DNA of 15,440 bases. Source: Arcobacter sp. GTDB taxonomy: Bacteria; Campylobacterota; Campylobacteria; Campylobacterales; Arcobacteraceae. The first letter of the stretch is position 1. Every line of letters begins with the position of its first letter. The stretch lies in contig CBFIGT010000054.1 of the NCBI GenBank assembly GCA_965662175.1, positions 1 through 15,440 of the forward strand. Direction: 5' to 3'. This document shows positions 1 through 8,661 of this stretch, one piece after another. Made by a program: the position numbers and the translations under genes. The notes under the pieces are model-generated. The model was not told the origin of the DNA, ran no database searches, and was given only the letters and a program-made list of their open reading frames with translations.

Positions 1-633
1 CTCTTGTTCTAAAATTGTTTTGGCTAAATCAAATATGGCAATACCAAGAGTTAAAGCAATTATTGGTTTAAAAATAGCATCTAAAGTAAAGTCATTATGT
101 ATTAGTAAACTTGCAAAAAAACCAACCAATGAATATATGATTATAAATAGTGCTAGTGTAACCATTGAAAAACCAGCAACTCCATAAAAAAACTTAGTTA
201 AAGTGTGAAAGGGTTTATTTAACTCAATTAATTCAAGTCTTTCTAATAGTGTTTCAAGTTTAAAGTCAAAGAATATAATATTATCTCCCTCTTTTATTGT
301 AAGGGTAATACAAGTATTTCTTGTAGCACTACTTATATATGGAGATGAAAATGCTGTGTAATTATTTTTGAAGTGTAATTTCTCAATTATATAATCTCTT
401 TTTTCATTTAGGGCATTTTTATCTACGCTACTTCTAAAGTAGTTTGGTGAAGTTTGTAATTTTGTATCTTTGTTTGCAACATAAACTAATTCAAGAGATG
501 GAAATACTGAAAATAGTTTATTAAAATCTTTTTCCTCATAATTTATCAATAAACCAAGGTTGTGAATACTATTTTGTATAAAATCCTCTATCATATCTTT
601 ATTTTTTTCGTAAGCGTCTAAAAACTCTTCCAT
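1..633 (-). CDS. PDC/Cache-like sensor-domain membrane protein (partial, runs off the left edge)
   Basis: Not in the ORF track because it is truncated. Hand translation from ATG at 633 (RBS AGAAGGA upstream) is open for 211 codons: MEEFLDAYEKNKDMIEDF...FSSPYISSATRNTCITL...FFYGVAGFSMVTLALFIIIYSLVGFFASLLI...IIALTLGIAIFDLAKTILEQE. PYISxATxxxCIT is Cache/PDC-like and is followed by two hydrophobic helices. Confidence 0.75.
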   Translation of the reverse strand, partial: MEEFLDAYEKNKDMIEDFIQNSIHNLGLLINYEEKDFNKLFSVFPSLELVYVANKDTKLQTSPNYFRSSVDKNALNEKRDYIIEKLHFKNNYTAFSSPYISSATRNTCITLTIKEGDNIIFFDFKLETLLERLELIELNKPFHTLTKFFYGVAGFSMVTLALFIIIYSLVGFFASLLIHNDFTLDAIFKPIIALTLGIAIFDLAKTILEQE

Positions 634-663
634 TGTTATTCCTTCTATTATTTATCTGTTTAT

Positions 664-672
664 ATTATACCA
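664..672 (-). promoter_or_regulatory. Extended -10 (TGGTATAAT) of the leftward gene
   Basis: The minus strand reads TGGTATAAT (TGn-TATAAT), about 30 nt upstream of the ATG at 633. Confidence 0.55.
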
Positions 673-698
673 TTTTAGCCAAATACAAAAAAAATAGT

Positions 699-721
699 CA
701 TTGTATATTTATTATACAATG
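699..721. promoter_or_regulatory. Palindromic operator site 1 (TGTAT-N7-ATACA)
   Basis: CATTGTATA-TTTAT-TATACAATG has perfect 9-bp arms. The same core recurs twice upstream of amt2. Confidence 0.7.
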
Positions 722-750
722 GATATCTAGAATAAGTTTACTTTTTATTT

Positions 751-756
751 TATAAT
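751..756 (+). promoter_or_regulatory. Putative sigma70 -10 of amt1
   Basis: TATAAT lies about 30 nt before the ATG at 786, with RBS AAGGAAG in between. Confidence 0.5.
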
Positions 757-785
757 TCTTCATATCAATTTTAAAAAGGAAGAAA

Positions 786-2000
786 ATGGAAAATTTCACT
801 GATTTAAAGTACATTTTAGATGGATTCTTATTTGTATTTTCTGGTGTATTAGTTATGTGGATGGCAGCAGGTTTTGCTATGCTAGAAGCTGGTTTAACAA
901 GAACAAAAAATAATGCTACGGTATTAACAAAAAATATTGCTTTATTCGCAATTTCTTGTATTATGTACTACTTTGTAGGATATAACTTAATGTATGGAGA
1001 TGGTTCAGCATTAATGGGAAGTTTCTCAACTATTAGCATGGAGTCAGCACCTGATGCTGCTTATCCAGCAGCAGCTGATTTCTTTTTCCAAGTTATGTTC
1101 GTAGCAACTGCTGCATCTGTTATCTCTGGAACTATTGCTGAAAGAATGAAATTATGGCCATTCTTAATATTCGTTGTATTCTTAAGTGGAATTATTTACC
1201 CATTACAAGGTCACTGGACATGGGGTGGTTCTGAGTTAGGTGGAGTTATCGCTGGTTTCTCTGACTTTGCTGGTTCTACAATTGTTCACTCTGTTGGTGG
1301 ATGGGCTGCTTTAGCTGGTGTACTTATTTTAGGTGCTAGAAAAGGTAAATATGGTAAAGATGGTTCAGTTAGACCAATCCCTGGTTCAAACTTAACTTTA
1401 GCAACTCTTGGTACATTCATTTTATGGATGGGATGGTTTGGATTCAATGGTGGTTCTCAATTAGCATTAGGTTCAAAAGCTGATATTGATGGAATTGCAT
1501 TAGTTGTTGCTGATACAAATATGGCTGCTTGTGCAGGAGCTATTATGGCAGCGTTATTAACTCAATTAATCTACAAAAAAGTGGATTTAACAATGGTATT
1601 AAATGGTGCTTTAGCAGGTCTTGTATCTGTAACTGCAGGACCAGACCTTGGTATGATGGTTTCATTTATTGAAGGTATTGTTGGTGGTGCTTTAGTTGTA
1701 TTTGCTGTACCTATGTTTGATAAGTTAAGAATTGATGATCCTGTTGGTGCACTATCTGTTCACTTAGTTGCAGGTATCTGGGGAACATTAGCTGTTGGTA
1801 TCTTTAATCCAGATGTTGCAATCATGGCTCAAATTAAAGGTATAGTTGTTATTGGTGCATTTGTATTCATCTCATCATTCATTATCTGGAAAATCCTTGA
1901 TTTAATTATGGGATTAAGAGTAAGTGAAGAAACAGAAGTTGAAGGTCTTGATATTCATGAAACAGGACTTGAAGCTTACCCTGAGTTTAAAAGAGCATAA
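786..2000 (+). CDS. amtB: Ammonium transporter (Amt family), copy 1
   Basis: Motifs GFAMLEAG, FFQVMF, AER, DFAGSTIVH, GWFGFNGGS, NGALAGLV and DDPVGALSVH; both pore histidines are present. Confidence 0.97.
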   Translation: MENFTDLKYILDGFLFVFSGVLVMWMAAGFAMLEAGLTRTKNNATVLTKNIALFAISCIMYYFVGYNLMYGDGSALMGSFSTISMESAPDAAYPAAADFFFQVMFVATAASVISGTIAERMKLWPFLIFVVFLSGIIYPLQGHWTWGGSELGGVIAGFSDFAGSTIVHSVGGWAALAGVLILGARKGKYGKDGSVRPIPGSNLTLATLGTFILWMGWFGFNGGSQLALGSKADIDGIALVVADTNMAACAGAIMAALLTQLIYKKVDLTMVLNGALAGLVSVTAGPDLGMMVSFIEGIVGGALVVFAVPMFDKLRIDDPVGALSVHLVAGIWGTLAVGIFNPDVAIMAQIKGIVVIGAFVFISSFIIWKILDLIMGLRVSEETEVEGLDIHETGLEAYPEFKRA

Positions 2001-2007
2001 TTGGTAC

Positions 2008-2039
2008 TAAAAGAGGAGAGTTAAATCTCTCTTCTTTTA
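2008..2039 (+). terminator. Stem-loop between amt1 and the first PII gene (terminator-like or mRNA-stabilising)
   Basis: TAAAAGAGGAGAG-TTAAAT-CTCTCTTCTTTTA forms a 13-bp stem with one G-U pair. Confidence 0.6.
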
Positions 2040-2078
2040 AGAGATAAACTTTAATAGTATTTCCAAAAGAAGGATTAA

Positions 2079-2420
<342 letters not shown>

Positions 2421-2457
2421 AAACTGAAGTAACTTATTACTACTTTTTATAATATCT

Positions 2458-2485
2458 AGAGAGTGTATTTTTACACTCTCTTTTT
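2458..2485 (+). terminator. Rho-independent terminator after the first PII gene
   Basis: AGAGAGTGTA-TTTT-TACACTCTCT is a perfect 10-bp stem followed by a T-tract. Confidence 0.85.
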
Positions 2486-2486
2486 A

Positions 2487-2507
2487 TTTGTATAATAATT
2501 ATACAAA
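2487..2507. promoter_or_regulatory. Palindromic operator site 2 (TGTAT-N7-ATACA)
   Basis: TTTGTATAAT-A-ATTATACAAA has perfect 10-bp arms. Confidence 0.7.
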
Positions 2508-2528
2508 ATCTACAAAATCTACAAAATT
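2502..2528 (+). repeat. 9-bp tandem repeat, three copies
   Basis: TACAAAATC TACAAAATC TACAAAATT, beginning within the right arm of operator site 2. Confidence 0.85.
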
Positions 2529-2539
2529 ATCTACTTTTT

Positions 2540-2558
2540 ATGTATAAAAAACATACAT
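2540..2558. promoter_or_regulatory. Palindromic operator site 3 (TGTAT-N7-ATACA)
   Basis: ATGTAT-AAAAAAC-ATACAT has the same core and spacing as sites 1 and 2. TATAAT hexamers follow at 2582-2587 and 2589-2594. Confidence 0.65.
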
Positions 2559-2620
2559 TCTAATACTTACCAAAACTGACATATAATATATAATAATTAA
2601 AAGAAATTAGAAGGATAAAA

Positions 2621-3802
2621 ATGGATGCAAACATCTCTTATGTAATTGATACGTTTTTTGCAATCTTTGCAATGACGTTAATTATTTTTATGGTGCCTGG
2701 ATTTGCCATGCTAGAAGCTGGATTGGTTAGAACAAAAAATGTAAGTGCGGTTTTAATGGTAAACACTATGATTTATGCAGTGGCTTCACTTGCATTTTTA
2801 CTAGTTGGATACTCTATTGCTTTTGGTGATTTTGGAAGTGATAGTATGAGTAAATGGGCTGCGTTTTTATTTCAAATGGCATTTGTTGGTAAGGTAATTA
2901 ATATTATGTCAGGTGGAGTTAGTGAAAGAGCAAAAGTAATACCATTAGCATTTTTTACTATTATTATGGGAGCTTTAATATATCCTACAGTTGTAAACTG
3001 GTCTTGGGGAAATGATATGTTAGATGGTACAATGTTTGATTTAACAATGTATGATTTAGCAGGTTCTACTGTAATCCATAGTACAGGTGGATGGGCGCTT
3101 TTAGCTGCGATTTTAATAATAGGTGCTAGAAAAGGAAGATATGTTGATGGTGGAGTTAGAGTAATTCCTGCTTCAAATATTCCTTTAGTTACACTTGGTG
3201 CATTTTTATTATGGATTGGATGGTTTGGATTTAATGGTGGTTCGGTTGGTTCAATCTCTTCAAAAGAGAGTGCTGATGCTGTTGCTTTAACTATTATGAA
3301 TACAAATACAGCAGGACTTGCAGGTGCAATTATTGTTGGTGCATTTATGTATTTAAGATATAAAAGACTTGATATTACTATGGTACTAAATGGAGCTTTA
3401 GGTGGATTAGTTGCAATTACAGCAGGACCTGATTTATACAATATTTATACTCCAATTTTAATTGGTGCAATTGGTGGTGCTTTAGTAATTTTTGGAGTAT
3501 CATTTTTTGATAAATTAAGACTTGATGATCCAGTTGGAGCCCTGTCAGTTCACTTATTAAATGGTATTTGGGGAACATTAGCTGTTGGAATATTTGCAAG
3601 TAATGGTACAGATATTACATTTTTAGGTCAATTAAAAGGTGTAGTGGTTGTAGGTGTATTTGCATTTGTAAGTTCATTTATTGTTTTATTCATAATAAAT
3701 AAAATAGTTCCATTAAGAGCAGATAGAGATGAAGAGATGCAAGGATTAGATGTAGAAGAGTGTGGTTTAGAAGCATACCCAGAGTTTAAACGAGCATTCT
3801 AA
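2621..3802 (+). CDS. amtB: Ammonium transporter (Amt family), copy 2, divergent
   Basis: Motifs PGFAMLEAG, FLFQMAF, DLAGSTVIH, GWFGFNGGS and DDPVGALSVH; shares the C-terminal GLEAYPEFKRA with copy 1. Confidence 0.95.
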   Translation: MDANISYVIDTFFAIFAMTLIIFMVPGFAMLEAGLVRTKNVSAVLMVNTMIYAVASLAFLLVGYSIAFGDFGSDSMSKWAAFLFQMAFVGKVINIMSGGVSERAKVIPLAFFTIIMGALIYPTVVNWSWGNDMLDGTMFDLTMYDLAGSTVIHSTGGWALLAAILIIGARKGRYVDGGVRVIPASNIPLVTLGAFLLWIGWFGFNGGSVGSISSKESADAVALTIMNTNTAGLAGAIIVGAFMYLRYKRLDITMVLNGALGGLVAITAGPDLYNIYTPILIGAIGGALVIFGVSFFDKLRLDDPVGALSVHLLNGIWGTLAVGIFASNGTDITFLGQLKGVVVVGVFAFVSSFIVLFIINKIVPLRADRDEEMQGLDVEECGLEAYPEFKRAF

Positions 3803-3944
3803 AAATAGTTTTATAGCAGTGCTTTTTTGACAATCTCTGCGTTGAAAATTTAAAATCACATAGTCACATACTCAAGTATGCTCCTATGAGATTTTAAATT
3901 TCCGCCTTGACCTTGTCAAAAAATCCCAACTCTAAAACTATTTT
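3802..3944. repeat. 143-bp imperfect palindromic element (ERIC/IRU-like, possible MITE)
   Basis: Nested complementary arms: 3802-3813/3933-3944, 3823-3833/3913-3923, 3846-3857/3890-3901, 3859-3863/3884-3888 and 3867-3872/3875-3880. The segments CTGCGTTG, AGTCAC..GCTCCT and CCGCCTTG resemble the ERIC consensus as I recall it. Confidence 0.75.
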
Positions 3945-3981
3945 GTCCGTTAATTAAAAGATAAATAAAAATTTAAAAAAA

Positions 3982-3993
3982 TTTAGTTAAAAT
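3982..3993 (+). promoter_or_regulatory. Putative sigma70 promoter of the PII-pyrC unit
   Basis: TTTAGTTAAAAT (TTTAGn plus -10 TAAAAT) lies 25 nt upstream of the TTG start. The same architecture occurs at 7549-7583. Confidence 0.5.
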
Positions 3994-4003
3994 ATACAAA
4001 TAA

Positions 4004-4356
<353 letters not shown>

Positions 4357-4357
<1 letters not shown>

Positions 4358-5379
4358 TGAGTAAAGAAATAGTTTTAAACTCACCACTTGATATGCATCT
4401 TCATCTAAGAGATGGTGAGATGCTAAAGTTAGTAGGTCCTTTAACTTCAAAAACTTTTGCAGGTGCTCTTATTATGCCTAATCTTGTACCTCCTGTTACA
4501 ACAAAAGAGGCTTTATTATCTTATAAACAAAGAATAAAAGAGGCTTGTAAAGATGATATTTTTGAACCTTATTTAACACTATTTTTTCAAGAATATTCAA
4601 GGGAGTTTTTGGCTAGTATTAAAGATGAAATAATAGGTATAAAACTTTATCCAGCTGGAATTACAACTAACTCTGAAAATGGAGTTGCTGCAATAGATGC
4701 TGAAACTTTAAGACCAACTTTAGAAGCTATGAGTGATTTAGGTATTCCTTTATGTGTTCATGGTGAAACAAATGGTTTTGTTATGGATAGGGAAAAAGAG
4801 TTTATGCCAATCTATGAAGGTTTAGCAAAAACTTTTCCAAAGCTTAAAATAATTATGGAGCATATTACAACAAAAGATGCTGTTGATTTACTTCCTAAAT
4901 ATGATAATTTATATGCAACTATTACTTTACATCATTTAATTATTACTTTAGATGATGTTGCAGGTGGAATGTTACAACCACATCTTTTTTGTAAACCTAT
5001 TGCAAAAAGATATGAAGATAGGGATGCTTTATTAAAAGCAGCACTTGAAGCTAATCCAAAAGTAATGTTTGGAAGTGATAGTGCTCCCCATCCAAAACAC
5101 AAAAAAGAGTCTTGTGGTTGTGCTGCTGGAGTTTTTACATCACCAATTGCACTACAAGTTTTAGCTGAATTATTTGAAAAGCATGAAAAGCTTGATAATT
5201 TAAATGCATTTTTAAGTTTAAATGCTCAGAAAATCTATGATTTTAAACCTTTAGTTAAAGATATTACTTTAATAAAAGAGGAGTGTTTAGTTCCAAATAT
5301 TTATGAAGGATTTGGAGAGAATGTAGTTCCAATGTATAATAATCAAAAATTATCTTGGAGTTTAAAAGAGGGGAATTAA
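4357..5379 (+). CDS. pyrC: Dihydroorotase (homodimeric, E. coli type)
   Basis: Motifs DMHLHLRDG, IMPNLVPP, KLYPAGITTNS, HGE, MEHITT, FCKPIAK and GSDSAPH. The GTG start overlaps the PII stop codon. Confidence 0.96.
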
Positions 5380-6470
5380 GTTCCTCTCTCCGAAAGAAGT
5401 TTTTGAATTTTTTCTTGTGCTTCTTTTGATTTAACTTCTCTCTCTTCTCTCATTTGTCTTAAAATCTCAAGTGTTTCCATTTTTTCATGGTCAATATTTG
5501 CTTTTATTTGAATGGCTTTTCTATTATTTGATAAACCACTAACTGCTAAAAATTTCTCTTTATTATTTATGTAAACTTTTGCAGATGATGAGGATGCATT
5601 TTTATTAAACAATACAACATCTCCCTCTCTTAAGTCAAGTATCTCTTGGGCTGATAGATAGGTTTCAGCCATAACAGCATCAATATGCATTTTTGCACCT
5701 GAAATTAAGGTTGTAATATCTTTTTTTCTACTAGCTTTTCTATTTTTACCCTCAGAAAAAATCTTGGTTACGATTTTATTTAAAAGGGTTTCTATATATG
5801 AAATAGGGTAACAAATTGATAAAAAACCTGATTCTTCATCAATTGTAAACTCTAATACAACCAATAAAACTATCTCATGATCTGAAATAATTTGAATAGC
5901 ATTTGCATTTGTATCTCTTGATTCTATTTTAAAATTAAGAGTTGTTATTTCATCCCATGCTCTATAAAGATGATTAATAAGTAACCTATAAAAGTGGTCA
6001 AAGATTTCAACTTCAATCTCTGTTAGCTCTCTATCTAAATTATCACTTGCAGCAACAGCACCACTTCCTAGTAATTCAGCAATAATTTTATGGGAAATTC
6101 CAGGGTTACACTCAATTACTATTCTTCCATCAAGTGGTTTTATTGATAATGTATTTAGTGATGTTAGTTGAGGAATTGATAATATAAACTCACCATAAGT
6201 CATCTGTTCAATTGAATAAAGTTTTATATCCACTATTTTTCTAAGCATAGCTGATAAATCTGTAATAAGGTCCCTTAGCATTTTGTCATGCAGGGTTGAA
6301 AATGCTTTAAACTGCTCATTTGAAATACGATTTGGTTTTTTAAAATCATAAATAGAGTAGTTTTTTTCTTTAGATATTATTGGCTCATCGGCCGTTTTGT
6401 CTATATCTTCACCTTGCTCCGCAATATCTAAAAGAGCATCAATTTCATCTTGACTTAAAAATTCTGCCAT
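5376..6470 (-). CDS. fliM: Flagellar motor switch protein FliM
   Basis: N-terminal CheY-binding LSQDEIDALL, YDFKKPNRIS and EQMTYGEFI, plus a C-terminal SpoA-like region. Confidence 0.96.
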   Translation of the reverse strand: MAEFLSQDEIDALLDIAEQGEDIDKTADEPIISKEKNYSIYDFKKPNRISNEQFKAFSTLHDKMLRDLITDLSAMLRKIVDIKLYSIEQMTYGEFILSIPQLTSLNTLSIKPLDGRIVIECNPGISHKIIAELLGSGAVAASDNLDRELTEIEVEIFDHFYRLLINHLYRAWDEITTLNFKIESRDTNANAIQIISDHEIVLLVVLEFTIDEESGFLSICYPISYIETLLNKIVTKIFSEGKNRKASRKKDITTLISGAKMHIDAVMAETYLSAQEILDLREGDVVLFNKNASSSSAKVYINNKEKFLAVSGLSNNRKAIQIKANIDHEKMETLEILRQMREEREVKSKEAQEKIQKLLSERGT

Positions 6471-6471
6471 A

Positions 6472-7521
6472 CTATTCTCTATACTCTAATTCAACATCTA
6501 AAGCCCCAAGCTCTTTGATTAGCTTTAGTGTTTCAATAATATCTTTCATTGAAAGATTCATAACTTTCATAGACCTAACTAAATCAGATACTGTGGGTTT
6601 TCTTTTTGTATTTATCATTGTGTTATTTAAGTCAACAACTGGCTTATCAGCAATAACAACATCATCACCAATATTCATTCCCTTGTTTTTTCTTAAATCA
6701 TCCCACTCTAAATCATTTAGTTCGGTTTGTTTAACTCTAATTATAAAGTTTCCCTTTGAGACTGTAACAGGTCCTATTTCAATCTCATTACCTGAAATAA
6801 TCATTTCTCTATTTAAATCAATAATGATTCTTTGTTTAAATGAAGAGTCTAATTCTATTTGTTCAATTTGTGAAATAAATCTAACCATTGAAATATCATT
6901 TGGTTTTTTTACTTCAACTGTTCTTGTATCATATGCAAAGGCTAAGGGTTTACCAAATTTTTCATTTATTTTTCTTTGAATCATATCAGCATCTTGTGCA
7001 GAGGCTTTTAATAAACTAAGTGTTAATTCAGTTTCATCTTTTAAAGAGTATGGAACTTCATTTTCAATAATAGCACCCTCATAAATAATTCCACTAGTTT
7101 GATTATCTTCATTTGCTACTATAGTTCCTTGAGCTAAAGCATAAACATTTCCATCAACACCTTTAAGTTGTGTTAATAAAAGTTCCCCATTATCAATAGA
7201 TTTTGCATCTCCAATAGCTGAAATTTTTACTTTTATCTTATCACCTTGCTTTGAAAAAGGAGGAAGTGCTGAGGTTACCATAACAGCTGCAATATTTTTT
7301 GAAGAAATTGATGAAGTGGGAATCTTAATATATGAATTTCTAAGTAAATTTTGTAAACTTTGCATGGTAAATGTTGATTTATCACCTGTTCCTGCAAGTC
7401 CAACAACTAAACCATAACCAAGTAGTTGATTTTCTCTAATCCCTACAATATTAGTAATATCTTTTATTGTTTGTGCATGAATTGATAAAAAAAGTAAAAA
7501 TAATAAAATAATAGTTCTCAA
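6472..7521 (-). CDS. flgI: Flagellar P-ring protein FlgI
   Basis: Signal peptide followed by IKDITNIVGIRENQLLGYGLVVGLAGTGD, KNIAAVMVTSALPPF and VYALAQG. TTG start with RBS AGAGG. Confidence 0.96.
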   Translation of the reverse strand: MRTIILLFLLFLSIHAQTIKDITNIVGIRENQLLGYGLVVGLAGTGDKSTFTMQSLQNLLRNSYIKIPTSSISSKNIAAVMVTSALPPFSKQGDKIKVKISAIGDAKSIDNGELLLTQLKGVDGNVYALAQGTIVANEDNQTSGIIYEGAIIENEVPYSLKDETELTLSLLKASAQDADMIQRKINEKFGKPLAFAYDTRTVEVKKPNDISMVRFISQIEQIELDSSFKQRIIIDLNREMIISGNEIEIGPVTVSKGNFIIRVKQTELNDLEWDDLRKNKGMNIGDDVVIADKPVVDLNNTMINTKRKPTVSDLVRSMKVMNLSMKDIIETLKLIKELGALDVELEYRE

Positions 7522-7548
7522 TGTTTTACCTCTTCTAATAATTGGTAA

Positions 7549-7583
7549 ATTTTATCTAAATTTATATAAAATTTAGATATTAT
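7549..7583. promoter_or_regulatory. Back-to-back divergent sigma70-type promoters forming an 11-bp inverted repeat
   Basis: TATCTAAATTT-ATATA-AAATTTAGATA spans 7553-7579. The minus strand reads TTTAGATAAAAT (7549-7560) and the plus strand TTTAGATATTAT (7572-7583). Confidence 0.55.
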
Positions 7584-7609
7584 CAAAGAAAAATAATTTA
7601 GGGTTTTCT

Positions 7610-8392
7610 TTGAATATATATATTTACGGTAGTCAAAACTTTAAAAAAGATATACATGATGAGTTATCTAGAAGCAATATTGATTATAAATTAGGGGATA
7701 ATGGCCTAATTCAAGATGTTAATTCTATTGACGCATTAAAAGAGTTAATTGAAGATAGCCCTGATGATGTTTTTTTAATTGATGATGGAAAGATAATAAA
7801 AGAGAATTTAATAAACTCTAAAATTAAATTTTTAAAACCTAAAGATGGGATTGAACAAAAATATTTAAAAGATATGGGAATAGATGATTTTAGCGTTGAT
7901 TCTATTCAAGATATTTCAAAACATATTTTAAAAAAGATGAGAGATTTAGGTTTAGATGATGATGAAGATTTTGATGATAGAAACGAAATAGAAAACTCCA
8001 TATCTGATATTGTAAAAGATGCCTATAGTTTAGAGGATGAAAATAGTTTAGATAGTGAAGAGTATGAAGATAATTATGTGTTGAGTGATGATTTAAAAAA
8101 CCTTTTGGCTTCTGATAAAGAAGAGAAAGAGCTTATAAAATTAGATAAAATTAATTCAAAAGATAATAGCATGGAAGAATCAAAAAAAATGGAAGATTTT
8201 ACATCTTTAGAAGAGTTAAGTGAAAATGATATATTAGCAGCTTTTAGTGGAAATGATTTACCCCAAAAAACTCCTAAAACAGAGGGTAAAGAGATTAGTA
8301 TAAAGCTTGATAATCCAGAAGATATAAAAGATTTTTTAGCAAAACTTCTAAACAGTAAAGCTATAGAAATAACTGTCAAAGTAAAAGAGTAA
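7610..8392 (+). CDS. Highly acidic flagellar-cluster protein with degenerate receiver-like N-terminus (ChePep-like candidate)
   Basis: 260-aa ORF whose stop lies 2 nt before fliQ. It has a D/E-rich middle and ALKELIEDSPDDVFLID, which resembles REC alpha2-beta3. The CDS is well supported; the function is inferred. Confidence 0.6.
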   Translation: MNIYIYGSQNFKKDIHDELSRSNIDYKLGDNGLIQDVNSIDALKELIEDSPDDVFLIDDGKIIKENLINSKIKFLKPKDGIEQKYLKDMGIDDFSVDSIQDISKHILKKMRDLGLDDDEDFDDRNEIENSISDIVKDAYSLEDENSLDSEEYEDNYVLSDDLKNLLASDKEEKELIKLDKINSKDNSMEESKKMEDFTSLEELSENDILAAFSGNDLPQKTPKTEGKEISIKLDNPEDIKDFLAKLLNSKAIEITVKVKE

Positions 8393-8394
8393 AA

Positions 8395-8661
8395 ATGGAT
8401 TTAATGGGTATTGCTCAAAGTACAATAAAAATTATTCTTTTGTTGGGATTACCCTCACTAATTGTAAGTATGGTTATAGGTCTATTAATCTCAATTTTTC
8501 AAGCTGTAACTCAAGTTTCTGATGCCTCTTTGACATTTGTTCCGAAGGTGATTTTTGTATCAATTTTTATTCTTATCTCATTGCCTTGGATTGGTGATAA
8601 TGTTACCACTTACACAAAAGAGTTATGGGATATAATTTTAGTATTTGGTAAAAATGGATGA
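8395..8661 (+). CDS. fliQ: Flagellar export protein FliQ
   Basis: 88 aa, hydrophobic, with GLLISIFQAVTQVSDASLTFVPK. Confidence 0.96.
   Translation: MDLMGIAQSTIKIILLLGLPSLIVSMVIGLLISIFQAVTQVSDASLTFVPKVIFVSIFILISLPWIGDNVTTYTKELWDIILVFGKNG

Noticed and set aside
2872..3599. Minus-strand ORFs 2872-3441 and 3417-3599
   Set aside because: Antisense shadows of amt2 with no recognisable motifs; the amt frame explains the sequence.
3802..3944. tRNA, CRISPR repeat, riboswitch or simple terminator readings of the long hairpin
   Set aside because: There is no cloverleaf, no repeat-spacer periodicity and no riboswitch consensus I recognise. It is much longer and more interrupted than an intrinsic terminator.
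3993..4000. TATACAAA half-site upstream of the second PII gene as a fourth operator
   Set aside because: The matching left arm is absent (3982-3986 reads TTTAG, not TGTAT).
6380..6979. Plus-strand 199-aa ORF
   Set aside because: Antisense to flgI/fliM, with the Ser/Ile/Phe-rich composition typical of a shadow frame.
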